A stretch of 64,000 nucleotides of DNA from a bacterium. GTDB lineage: Archaea; Thermoplasmatota; E2; JACPAO01; JAHFTW01. Where the stretch lies: assembly GCA_040390065.1 (NCBI GenBank), contig JAZJZE010000009.1, positions 32,001 to 96,000 on the forward strand. Reading direction: 5' to 3'. How positions within the stretch are numbered: position 1 is the stretch's first letter; each line of letters starts with the position of its first letter. The notes beneath the pieces were generated by a model, which saw nothing but the letters and a program-made list of their open reading frames with translations, searched no databases and had not been told where the DNA came from. Made by a program: the position numbers and the translations under genes. Shown here one piece after another: positions 7,570 through 16,976 of the stretch.

Positions 7570-9695
7570 AGGGCACCTCCGCAGGCACAAGCCCCGACGG
7601 CGATGGGCACTGGCGGCAGGGCGCTGCGTGACGGCGGCAGCGGCTTCATGGCGTCCATGTTCTCCAGGAGGCTCCGCTGCGGGTAGTGGATTCCCGGCAC
7701 GGGGAACTGCGTCGTCGGGTCGACCGTGAGCGCAGGCAGGTTGAGGACGGTCTGGGGCCCGAGGGTAAGGTCCACGGGGGCCGGCGTCGCCGTCGCTTGG
7801 TGGTCGTCGTTGCTGCCCTGGAAGACCCACAGCACGAGGTGATGGCCTCTCGGGACGTTGACCTCGAGCGGCTCGAATTGCAGGCGGGCGACGTACTGCG
7901 TGCCCGGGGTCAACGTCTGCATTGTCTCGCCGCCCGCATAATAGCGCAGGTTGATCTGCCCGTGGCCGATGATTGGGACGCCGACGGGGTGCCAGCGCGG
8001 GACGGCGGCACTCGGTGGGGCAGCATAGGGTGCCCGGGCCGTGCCGTTGGCGTCCATGTCGAAAAGCCAGATCCCCAGTTGACCCCCGTCCCCCTGCGGC
8101 ACGAACGGCAGGGTCGCCGTCGGCATGCCGGAGATGTAGAGGTCTTGGGTCAACTCGGGACCGACGAGCTCCAGGATGGTGCCGTCCGCGTTGGGTGTGG
8201 TCGGCATGAGGCGTACGGTGGCCGTCGTCGCTCCATTGGCCTCGAGCTTGAGGTCGCCCGAAAGTTGCAATGGTGTCCAGTCGGGCTTCGCGGGCGGGAA
8301 CGAGTCGGCGTTGCGCCACTCGCCGAGGTTGTCCTCCACTTGGATGGACGGGCCCAGGTCGTGCGTCCGGTCGCCCTTGAGGTAGTGGTCCAGCCAGCGT
8401 GACAGGACCTCGGCGAAGTCGAGGCGGCAAGGCATGCTCACCCAGTCGGGCGTCGGGGTCAGGCACCTCGAATCGGGAAGCGCGTGGTCCCACTGGCCGT
8501 ACCATTCCTTCATCGGCAAGCCCTTGGCGCGCAGGGCCAGGTTGAACGGCACGACGGAGTGCGGGTCGACGTTCCAGTCTTGCAGGCCGTGGATGAGGAA
8601 GATGGAGCCGTTGTATTGGTCCAGCACCTGTTGGCGGTGGTCACGGATGGTCCAGTAGTCGGAGCCGGCGCTGCCGCGGTCTCCGGTGAGGGCTGAGACC
8701 TGCCCCATGGCCGCACCCCGGAAGGCTTCGGGACACACCAGGTTCTGCATGTCCTGGTACGGTTGGCGGCCGTTGGCTTCGGGCTGCGGCGCCGGGAACC
8801 CGGGCCAGTACGGCCACGGCAGCGGGGGCGGGATGGGCAGCGGAGGCCACGCGGGCCAGCCGCCAGGGACCTGGTTGTACGGCCAGCCGTCGCTGAAGCC
8901 GGACCCCCAGTAGACGGAGGCGTGCATGTACGCGCCGCGTGTCTCCGGCGTGCCGTTGTGGAACATGAGGTCGTAGATGTCGGGCAGCCCCGAGACCGGG
9001 ATGATGGCCTTGAGGTGGGTGTTGCCCGTGGCCGCGACCTCCCACGGCGTCGAGCCGTCATAGGAGACGCCAATCATCGCGATGTTACCGTTCGACCACG
9101 GCTGCTCGCCAAGGTACGTGATGGCCTGGTCGAGGTCATGCATCTCGGACGGGCCCATGAGGTCCATGCAGCCGCCGGACGTTCCGGTGCCACGCACGGC
9201 CAGTTGCACGACGGCGTAGCCGCGCGGCAGGAAGTTGCTGAGGCTGAAGCGCGTCGTCTGGCCCGGCCAGTCGATGGTGTCGTCGACGAGCTGGTCGGCT
9301 TGGCAGGACATGGCGCCGCTCTTGCAGTGCTGGCCAATCTCGTAGTACGGCCCGGCGTCCACGATGACCGGCACCGTGCCGGTCACGTTCATCGGGCGCC
9401 AGATGGCCATCGTGATGAACACGGTGCCGTCGCTCGAGGTCTCGCCAAGCGGCGAGGCGTACGCCGGCAAGGTCGAGCGCAGGTGGATGACTTCGGGGTG
9501 GCCTGCGACAAAGGCGCCGGCCTGCAGCACCGTCGACGTCGAGCCGAACGTGTAATTGCCTTCGAAGACGCCGGGATTCTTGTACGGCGCATCGACGTCG
9601 AAGTCATAGTAAGGCTCAACGCCGCCGACGCAGCCCGACAGGGCCGCGATCGCCAGGAGGGTCAATGCAAACGCCACGCGGCGCCCGCCCTGCAA
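7566..9695 (-). CDS. CocE/NonD family (peptidase S15) hydrolase lipoprotein
   Basis: Lipobox LSGC, RGTGTSGG, nucleophile motif GVSYDG, HGLQDWNV, WDH; start uncertain (TTG 9695 or GTG 9677). Confidence 0.85.
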   Translation of the reverse strand: MQGGRRVAFALTLLAIAALSGCVGGVEPYYDFDVDAPYKNPGVFEGNYTFGSTSTVLQAGAFVAGHPEVIHLRSTLPAYASPLGETSSDGTVFITMAIWRPMNVTGTVPVIVDAGPYYEIGQHCKSGAMSCQADQLVDDTIDWPGQTTRFSLSNFLPRGYAVVQLAVRGTGTSGGCMDLMGPSEMHDLDQAITYLGEQPWSNGNIAMIGVSYDGSTPWEVAATGNTHLKAIIPVSGLPDIYDLMFHNGTPETRGAYMHASVYWGSGFSDGWPYNQVPGGWPAWPPLPIPPPLPWPYWPGFPAPQPEANGRQPYQDMQNLVCPEAFRGAAMGQVSALTGDRGSAGSDYWTIRDHRQQVLDQYNGSIFLIHGLQDWNVDPHSVVPFNLALRAKGLPMKEWYGQWDHALPDSRCLTPTPDWVSMPCRLDFAEVLSRWLDHYLKGDRTHDLGPSIQVEDNLGEWRNADSFPPAKPDWTPLQLSGDLKLEANGATTATVRLMPTTPNADGTILELVGPELTQDLYISGMPTATLPFVPQGDGGQLGIWLFDMDANGTARAPYAAPPSAAVPRWHPVGVPIIGHGQINLRYYAGGETMQTLTPGTQYVARLQFEPLEVNVPRGHHLVLWVFQGSNDDHQATATPAPVDLTLGPQTVLNLPALTVDPTTQFPVPGIHYPQRSLLENMDAMKPLPPSRSALPPVPIAVGACACGGAL

Positions 9696-9699
9696 GGCC

Positions 9700-11715
9700 T
9701 CACGCTCCGGTGGCTGCCTTCGGGCGGGCCTTGGGCACGACGCGCACGGTCGGCGCATTCGTGGCAAGGGCCAGGGCGGCTTCCAGGTCGCCGACGAAGG
9801 AGATCTGGACGCGGTCCTTGTAGACCTGGTTCAAGAGGACGTCGTTGCGGTTCGCCGAGGGCACGACGACGTGGTTGTAGCCATTGTCCACGGCGCTCTC
9901 GATCTGTTGCGTGACACCGCGCACGGCGCGCAGCCCACCGCCGACGGCGAGTCCGCCGATGAGGACGACGTCTTGGCGCACCGGCAGCTTGCGCAGGGCC
10001 GAGATGGCACTGACCGCCAGGGCGACGCCGCACGCCGTCGCGTCGACGCCTTCCTGCGGCACGAGGCTCTGCAGGTGGATGTCGCTCGTCGAGATGACGT
10101 CTGGCGCCAGGGTCTTGAGGAGCGACGCCACCGTCTGGCACTGCGTCTTGCCGGAGTCCTCGATGCCGCCGCCGAACTCGATGTGGCCGCCTTGGCGGCT
10201 GATGGGCGGTGTGACGACGGCTGCGATGGGGACCATGAGGCCGGCGGGCTCGCCGACCTCGCCCGTGCCGACGACGCCGGCGCCGACGGCGCGGCCGATG
10301 GCGGTCCCGGAGGGGACTGCGACGTCGTGGTCGTGGCGCGCGTCGAGGGCCGACTGCGCGATCTGCTGCTCGAGGCTGCGGCTGAGGATCTTGGCGCGGC
10401 GCACGTCGTCGGACGTGACGGCCTTGCGGCCTTGGCTCTGGGCGATGTCGCCGGCGGTGCGCACGAGACCTCCGAGTTCACGCAGGCGGAGGGTGAGTTT
10501 GCCGCGTTGGCCGCTGCGGCGCTGGCCTTCCAGGATGACTTCGGCGATGGCGTCGCGTTCGAAGTGCGGGATGCGGCCGTCGCGGGTGACTTCCTGGGCC
10601 ACGAAGCGGCACAGCTTGAGGCGGTTGTCGTGCGTGTCCGGCATGCTGGAGTTGACGTAGACTTCGTAGCCGTAGCCGCGGATGCGCGAGCGCAGGGCGG
10701 GGTGCATGCCCTTGTGGACGCCATCGGGCGGCTGCACGGCGTCGAGGTTGCCGGCGGCAACAAGGATGAACTCGCAGGGCACAGGGTCGGTGCGCACCAT
10801 GGCACCCGAGGATGTCTCGGATTGGCCCACGATGGAGTATTGTCGGTCCTGCATGGCCGTGAGAAGCGACTGCTGCGAGTCGAGGCGCAGCACGTTGATC
10901 TCGTCGATGAACAGGATGCCCTTGTGGGCGCGGTGGATGGCGCCGATTTCAACCCGCTCGTGGGTGGGCGTCTCGAGGCCGCCCGACTGGAACGGGTCGT
11001 GGCGCACGTCGCCCAAGAGGGCGCCGGCGTGCGAGCCGGTGCCGTCGACGTACGCAGCGTGGGTCTCCTTCTTGGGATCGTGGCCGATAAGGAGTTTCGG
11101 CACGGCGAAGACGACGGAGTCCTTGCGCTGCTTGAAGATCATGAAGGCGAACAATGCGGCCAGCGTCAGCACGCCGAAGGCCATGATGTCGGGTTCGGTC
11201 TTGTGGAAGAAGCCCATGTAGATGCCGAGGCCGAGGAGGCCGCCGATGGCGGCGTAACCGATGACGGTCATGGCGACCTTGCGGCGGCGGGCGCGGCGGC
11301 GCATCGTCGTCAGGACGGTCGGGCCCTTGCCGGCGTCGACGCTGGCGATGCGCGGCTGGTTCGGGTCGGCGGCGTTGTGGTAGCTCATCACGTCCGAGAG
11401 TTTCTCGGGCGGCAGCATCTCCGACATGGCCTTCGCGATCATCGACTTGCCCGTGCCCGGGTCGCCGATGAGCAGCAGGTGGCGCTTCTGGCCGGCGGCC
11501 TTCTGCGCGGCGGCGACGGCGTGGTCTTGGCCGATGACCTGTTCGATGAGTGTTGCGGAGACGGGGACATCGTTGGAGGACTTGATGGTCGTCTGCTTGG
11601 CAATCCATTCGTACGGGTCGGTGATGAGTGCACCGTTGGTCGGAGCCTTGGCGGCGCCGTTGCCATTTGCGCTGGCGCCGTTGGTCGGGGTCTTGGGGTT
11701 CGTTTCACGGGGCAT
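9700..11715 (-). CDS. lonB: LonB-family membrane AAA+ protein with degenerate protease active site
   Basis: Walker A GDPGTGKS, 2-TM insert, HDPFQSGGL, Walker B FIDEI, RSRIRGYG; GDSA replaced by ATAC and catalytic Lys replaced by Gln. Confidence 0.9.
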   Translation of the reverse strand: MPRETNPKTPTNGASANGNGAAKAPTNGALITDPYEWIAKQTTIKSSNDVPVSATLIEQVIGQDHAVAAAQKAAGQKRHLLLIGDPGTGKSMIAKAMSEMLPPEKLSDVMSYHNAADPNQPRIASVDAGKGPTVLTTMRRRARRRKVAMTVIGYAAIGGLLGLGIYMGFFHKTEPDIMAFGVLTLAALFAFMIFKQRKDSVVFAVPKLLIGHDPKKETHAAYVDGTGSHAGALLGDVRHDPFQSGGLETPTHERVEIGAIHRAHKGILFIDEINVLRLDSQQSLLTAMQDRQYSIVGQSETSSGAMVRTDPVPCEFILVAAGNLDAVQPPDGVHKGMHPALRSRIRGYGYEVYVNSSMPDTHDNRLKLCRFVAQEVTRDGRIPHFERDAIAEVILEGQRRSGQRGKLTLRLRELGGLVRTAGDIAQSQGRKAVTSDDVRRAKILSRSLEQQIAQSALDARHDHDVAVPSGTAIGRAVGAGVVGTGEVGEPAGLMVPIAAVVTPPISRQGGHIEFGGGIEDSGKTQCQTVASLLKTLAPDVISTSDIHLQSLVPQEGVDATACGVALAVSAISALRKLPVRQDVVLIGGLAVGGGLRAVRGVTQQIESAVDNGYNHVVVPSANRNDVLLNQVYKDRVQISFVGDLEAALALATNAPTVRVVPKARPKAATGA

Positions 11716-11717
11716 GG

Positions 11718-13787
11718 TCACTTTCCTCCTTTGGCGATGGACACGGAGAGGTCTTTCCTGCGGTTGGCGAAGAAGGCGCCGGCAATGAGTGCGGCCGTGG
11801 TGATGCCGGCAGCGGGCAGCAGGACGCCGGTGGCCGTTGAACTCGTGGCCGCGGCTGGAATCGGTGGCGGGGGTCCCTGGCCGGCCGCAAACGCCGGCCC
11901 GCGCAGGTTCGTCACCTCGACGAGTTCCGCGAACTGGACTTGGCCGTAGTCGCCGATGGCGAAGAACTCGCGTTGGTAGTGCAGGCTCAGTTCGTCCTTC
12001 TTGCCGCCGGGCTCGGTGAAGTTGAAGTTGCCTTCGGGCAGTTGCAGGAAGTCGTCCTTCGTGTCGTCGTAGGCGGCCTCGGGCGCCTGCATGAGGTCGG
12101 GGTCGCTCGTGCGGTTGCCGATGTTTCCGATGTCCATGTCATGCTTGTAGAGGACACCGTAGTTCTCGTCCAGCGCAATGATGGTCTTGTGCAGGTGCGG
12201 CGAGAGCGCGGTCTTCGGGACGCCGACGGACGTCCCCGAGGACTGGATGCGCGTCTTGAGGATGAGGTGCACGACGCCCGAATATTCACGGTAGATGAGG
12301 TCCTGCACGTTCGCGTCTGTCACGCGGAACGAGGGATTCACGGGCAGGATCTTGTCGCCGTACGAGGTGAGCGGGTTCCAGTCGATGCCATGGCGATCCT
12401 CGGTGTAGTGGCCAAAGGCCGCAAGGAAGCGCAACTGGCCATCCGTCGTGGCCTGTGTGGAGAGGAGCGCGAGGCGGCCGTCCGAGCGCACGCCAAGCCG
12501 GGCGTTGCCGCCGACGATGGGGGAGGCGCCGAGGTATTGCGGCTTGCCACCCGATGGGTCCATGCGGAACAGTTCGACCGTGCCGGGCACCGCGGTGGGG
12601 TCCCAGCGGAACTGGCCTTCCTCGGGCGCGACGACGCAGCCCACGTACAGGTATCCGTCCGACAGAACTGGATTCGTGCTCGAGGAGCACGGCCCAATTG
12701 CCTCGTCGCGGCTTTGGTAGCGGTACGTGTCGTTCACTTCCAGACCCGTCCACGCGACGCCGATGACGCTGCGCGGCGTGCCGGGCTCGAGCGGCTGCGA
12801 GGTGTTGCCGGCCGCGGCGGCGGTGGCACGGCGGGGCGCGGATGCGATCGCCGATCCGCCACTGGTGGCATGGCCCGCTGCTGCGCGCTGGGTGTCGGTC
12901 ACGCCGGGCGGCGGGCATGTGACGGGCGTCTGCAGGCCTGCCATGTTGTTGCTCTCCTCCCAGGCGGTTCCGTCGGTCTTGACGTAGTAGCCCGCGGCCT
13001 CGACGGCATCGGGGTCGGCGTTGCACGGCGGCGGCGCGATAGGCTTGGCAAGATGTTCGCTCCACACGAGGGTCATGTTGTCCTGTGCGGGGTCGAAGAG
13101 GAACCAGAGTTGGCTGATGGCGCTGTCGTTGTACACGGGGCCCAGGAATTCGGCGTGGTATTCGCCGTCCTGGTGACTGTTGATGTTGGACAAGTCGCTG
13201 AACTTCTGCGCCGCGAGGATGTACCGGAACCCGGTCTTTCCGCCAGGCTCGGCGTACAGGGAACCGACGAAGACCTGGCCGTACGGGTTGATGGTGATGG
13301 CGGTCGTCTCGCCGAAGGCGCTTTCGCCGACCTTGCCGGGGGGAAGGAACGGGTTGTCGGTCCACGACGCTCCGCCATCGCGTGAGGTGAACGTGGTGAA
13401 GTCCTGGCCGCAGCGACTCTTCGTGGTGGGTCCGCGACCGTTGCAGAAATTGATGCCCGTCGCGCCATACGAACCGCCGTGCAGGCTGGCGATGACGAGG
13501 TTGTTCGGGTCCGACGGGTCGACCGCGATGGAGGGGTCGCCCATCTCGTCCTGCTCGTCGACGGCGCGTATGGGACAACCGACGCCCGGGGAATTGGTGC
13601 TGATGCTGCCGCGGCCTTGCGGGCAGGCGATGAAGATGGCATACTCGACGCCCGTGCCGCCCGCCTGGGCCGCAGCCGGGGGCGAGGCGGAGATGGGCAT
13701 CAGGCAGAGGACCAGGAATCCGGCCAGGAGAAGCCTCCAAGCCGCCGGGTGCCGTGCCGTGGTTGCCGCGTCGGGATGGCGGGCCAT
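11718..13787 (-). CDS. Secreted Asp-box/sialidase-like protein with C-terminal TM anchor
   Basis: Signal peptide, DPSIAVDP, SRDGGASW Asp-box, C-terminal TM plus RRK. Confidence 0.75.
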   Translation of the reverse strand: MARHPDAATTARHPAAWRLLLAGFLVLCLMPISASPPAAAQAGGTGVEYAIFIACPQGRGSISTNSPGVGCPIRAVDEQDEMGDPSIAVDPSDPNNLVIASLHGGSYGATGINFCNGRGPTTKSRCGQDFTTFTSRDGGASWTDNPFLPPGKVGESAFGETTAITINPYGQVFVGSLYAEPGGKTGFRYILAAQKFSDLSNINSHQDGEYHAEFLGPVYNDSAISQLWFLFDPAQDNMTLVWSEHLAKPIAPPPCNADPDAVEAAGYYVKTDGTAWEESNNMAGLQTPVTCPPPGVTDTQRAAAGHATSGGSAIASAPRRATAAAAGNTSQPLEPGTPRSVIGVAWTGLEVNDTYRYQSRDEAIGPCSSSTNPVLSDGYLYVGCVVAPEEGQFRWDPTAVPGTVELFRMDPSGGKPQYLGASPIVGGNARLGVRSDGRLALLSTQATTDGQLRFLAAFGHYTEDRHGIDWNPLTSYGDKILPVNPSFRVTDANVQDLIYREYSGVVHLILKTRIQSSGTSVGVPKTALSPHLHKTIIALDENYGVLYKHDMDIGNIGNRTSDPDLMQAPEAAYDDTKDDFLQLPEGNFNFTEPGGKKDELSLHYQREFFAIGDYGQVQFAELVEVTNLRGPAFAAGQGPPPPIPAAATSSTATGVLLPAAGITTAALIAGAFFANRRKDLSVSIAKGGK

Positions 13788-13877
13788 GTCAGCCGTCCAG
13801 GTGGGCGGGCCCTACAAAAGAATATTGTACGCTGTATCCGCGGCCTCCTGGTCGAGGACGGGTGTGCGATGCCCGTT

Positions 13878-15254
13878 TCAGAGCAGCGATGGGCCTTGCT
13901 GCAAGGTGCCGAAGTAGACATCCGTTCCCTGCACGGCGATGCCCAGGCCAGTGCCAAGGGTGCTGGACGCGAAGGCCACGACGGGTTGGCCATTGGGCGC
14001 GATTGCGACCTCGAAGAAGTCGAGGAGGCTGCGGTCGGCGGCCAGGCAGCCGGTGCCGCTCGTGCACACCGAACCGACGTGGTTCGGCGTCTGCGTGAGG
14101 GTGACAGTCGCCGAGACGGGACTTACCTGGTCGGCCGTGACGGATTCCCACAACTTGACGTTCCATTCGTCGGGGAGGGCCTCGCCGGGCACGCCGACGA
14201 CGCTCTCGTACCAGACGACGGCGATGCGACCTGCGGCGCCAGCTGCGACCCAGGGGAAACGCGCATCCTTCAGCGGGTCGGAGATGAGTTGTGGCGTCGA
14301 CCACGTCTTTCCCTGGTCGTGCGACACGGCGAGGTACGTCCCATAGCGGGCTGCCTCCTCGGGCGGCGCTTGGCCGGCGGGCAGGCCGGTCGCGTCCGCG
14401 GAGTAGACGAGGTAGGCAGTGCCGTTGCCGTCCACCGCTACGACGGGGAAGTCGCTGGCGTAGGCGTTGGGCTCGACGGGACTCGTGCGCGGCAGGGTCG
14501 CGACGTCGGCACCCGTCCAGCTCTTGCCCTCGTCGGCCGACGCATACACGTGCACGACGGCGGGTGCGACGCCCGCGGTCTCGGCCTGGTCTACGTCGGC
14601 GATGTAGAGCAAGCCCGAGACCGGGTCGTGCGTCACCGGGCCCTCGTCGCCGTCGGGGCCGACGACGCTCTTGGGTTGCCACGTCGCGCCGCCATCCGTG
14701 GACGCGCGGAACTCGAGGGCGCCTTTGCCGCCTGCGGAGCCGCGCCACGTGGTGTAGATGTGGCCGTCGGGCGTCGCGTCGATCCATTCCCGGTCGGCGC
14801 CGGTCTTTTCGGACACGTCGAAGGCCTTGGGGAAGGTCTCGCCGCGGTCGCTGCTGGCCTGGAAAGGCACGGGGCCCGCCGCGCCGAAGAGGCCGAGCCA
14901 GTACAGGGTGCCCGCGCCGTCGACGGCGATGTCGCCGTCGCCGCCGCCTTGAGCGTCCTTCGCAGCGGCCGCGGTCCACGTCTTGCCGCCGTCGTCGCTG
15001 CGCCAGAATGCCAGGGGCGTCGAGATGTAGAGCGTGCCGTCCGGGGCGACTGCGATGTTGGGCTCCGCTCCGCCACCCGGGGAGCCGACGAGGACTTCGG
15101 GCGCAGCCTGCAGCGTGCCCAAGGTTGGCCGACCCGTCTCGACCGCCGTCGTCGTGGTCGTGGTGGAGGTGGTGGTCGTCTGCACTGCCGGCTGCGAGCA
15201 ACCGGCGGCAAGCAGCGCAATGGCCAGAAGGCCGAAGGCGGTTTGCACTCGCAT
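13878..15254 (-). CDS. BNR/Asp-box beta-propeller lipoprotein (sialidase-like)
   Basis: Lipobox AAGC, Thr-rich linker, five SxDxGxTW-type repeats. Confidence 0.85.
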   Translation of the reverse strand: MRVQTAFGLLAIALLAAGCSQPAVQTTTTSTTTTTTAVETGRPTLGTLQAAPEVLVGSPGGGAEPNIAVAPDGTLYISTPLAFWRSDDGGKTWTAAAAKDAQGGGDGDIAVDGAGTLYWLGLFGAAGPVPFQASSDRGETFPKAFDVSEKTGADREWIDATPDGHIYTTWRGSAGGKGALEFRASTDGGATWQPKSVVGPDGDEGPVTHDPVSGLLYIADVDQAETAGVAPAVVHVYASADEGKSWTGADVATLPRTSPVEPNAYASDFPVVAVDGNGTAYLVYSADATGLPAGQAPPEEAARYGTYLAVSHDQGKTWSTPQLISDPLKDARFPWVAAGAAGRIAVVWYESVVGVPGEALPDEWNVKLWESVTADQVSPVSATVTLTQTPNHVGSVCTSGTGCLAADRSLLDFFEVAIAPNGQPVVAFASSTLGTGLGIAVQGTDVYFGTLQQGPSLL

Positions 15255-15298
15255 GGAGCGGGCCACGGCGCGGGCCCGTTTAGGCTTGCGCCACGGGG

Positions 15299-16618
15299 TC
15301 ACCACTTGACCCAGGCGAGACCGACGGCCATGAGGAGCCCCGCGACGAGGTGCAGTTGGATGGTCATGGCGCACGCCTTTGCGAGGCTGCGCTTGGCGTA
15401 GTTCTGGATGACTTTCATGATGGCGTAGGCGCCAAGCAGCGCGGCGGCAAGGCCGATGAGCGCGCCCTTCGTGAAGACGCCCGCCGCAACGAGGGCGGCC
15501 AGAGCCGCAAAGGCGCCGAGGACGATGACCAGGTAGCCCCAACGCGCACGGCGCGTCCCAAGGGTCGCAACGAGGTGGTTCTTGCCCGTGTGCAAGTCGC
15601 CGGCCACGTCGGGGAACTCGTTGACCCAGAGGATGGCGAGCGTCAGCAGGCCGATGGGGATCCCTACGAGGAAGGTGTTGACGCTGACTTGCCCGGAGAT
15701 GCCGTAGATGGCGCCGGCGGTGAGGAGCGGACCGAAGTTGAGGAACGTGGCCAGTTCGCCGAGCCCGCGGCGGGCCGACAGGCGGATCGGCGGCGCCGTG
15801 TAGAAGAAGCCCATGAGCGCCCCGACGGCGCCGAAGGCACCCACCCACACCTTGCCCATGGCGATGAGCGCCACGCCGAGGGCGGCTGCCACGACGATGC
15901 TCGCCGTGCCGACGAGGAACATGCCGCGCGGCGTGATGAGGCCGAGTTCGATGGAGCGCGAGCCGCCCGAGAACGGCAGGAAGTAGTCGTTGTTGGCCTG
16001 GTCGGTGCCTGCCCGCCAATCCCAGTAGTCGTTGAACGTGTTGGCCGCCAGGTGCAGTGCCAGACCGCCAGCGAGGACGAGCGCGAAGGCAACCCAGTCG
16101 AGCGTCATGGTGGGCTGCGTGGCGATCCAGGCCGCCGCGAGGAGGATGGGCACGAGCGTTGCCGTGAGGAAAGGCAGGCGGCCGATGACGACGCCCTTGA
16201 AGATGCGCGTCGCGAAGGCGGTCTTCGGCGTCGCAGCCGCCGGGTCGACGGAATCGAGGACCGTCGTGGTGCCGCAGTAGCCGGCCTGCTCGCCCTCGGT
16301 GCGGCCCCGGTGGAAGGTGGGCGTGATGCGGATGTGCGCGGCGAACCTGCTGCCGTCCTTGCGCACGAAGACCGTGTCCGTCTCAAAGGAGCCCTTCGTG
16401 CGTGCCTCCTTCAACCAATGCGGGACGTGGCCGAGCACGACCTCGCCGGGCGAGAACAGGGACACGCGGCGCTTGCCGATGACCTCGTCCGGCGCGTAGC
16501 CGAAGATGTGGTGCGCGCCCTCGTTGTAGGTCTCGATGCGTCCTTCCATGTCGCAGGTGATGACGCTGACGGCCTCTTTGTGGGGTTGGAGGCGGGGCGG
16601 AGAGGGTGCCTTGGCCAT
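15299..16618 (-). CDS. menA: PAS domain fused to MenA-like (UbiA family) prenyltransferase
   Basis: N-terminal PAS (NEGAHHIFGY, RKDGS); NTFNDYWD, YTAPP.RL..RGLGE and NEFPDVAGD motifs. Confidence 0.85.
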   Translation of the reverse strand: MAKAPSPPRLQPHKEAVSVITCDMEGRIETYNEGAHHIFGYAPDEVIGKRRVSLFSPGEVVLGHVPHWLKEARTKGSFETDTVFVRKDGSRFAAHIRITPTFHRGRTEGEQAGYCGTTTVLDSVDPAAATPKTAFATRIFKGVVIGRLPFLTATLVPILLAAAWIATQPTMTLDWVAFALVLAGGLALHLAANTFNDYWDWRAGTDQANNDYFLPFSGGSRSIELGLITPRGMFLVGTASIVVAAALGVALIAMGKVWVGAFGAVGALMGFFYTAPPIRLSARRGLGELATFLNFGPLLTAGAIYGISGQVSVNTFLVGIPIGLLTLAILWVNEFPDVAGDLHTGKNHLVATLGTRRARWGYLVIVLGAFAALAALVAAGVFTKGALIGLAAALLGAYAIMKVIQNYAKRSLAKACAMTIQLHLVAGLLMAVGLAWVKW

Positions 16619-16710
16619 GGTGGTCGCTTGCGCTTACAGGAGGGGCGTGATAAGCGTTGACGACGGACACAACTGGTGAGAAGTTGTATCGCCGGCGCAC
16701 GAAGGGGAAC

Positions 16711-16958
16711 GGGGCCGCCGGGGGGCCTGAAAGACCGGGAAGCCACGGAAAAAATCCGGAAAGCGACCTTTGCCGTCTTCGGCGACTTCGCTGTCTTTCA
16801 GGCATGGGCGGCCTGGGGGAACCGGAGACGAGCGGAGAACAGGAACCCATTCCCGTTCTCTTCACGAGATTCCTGTTCTCCGAGGCCCCCCACACTCACC
16901 ACGCGGCCACTTCGTTCGCGGCGCCGCCGTCGGAGGACGCGGTGGCCAGTCGTTGGCC
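16711..16958 (-). repeat. Structured intergenic repeat family B, copy 1
   Basis: Core GGAGAACAGGAATC-N20-GGTTCCTGTTCTCC plus GCCTGAAAGAC/GTCTTTCAGGC stem. Confidence 0.9.
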
Positions 16959-16976
16959 AGCAGCGAAGTCGAGCGC

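Noticed and set aside
15148-15180. gtc/gtg trinucleotide-like run
   Set aside because: Encodes the Thr-rich linker of a lipoprotein; ordinary low complexity
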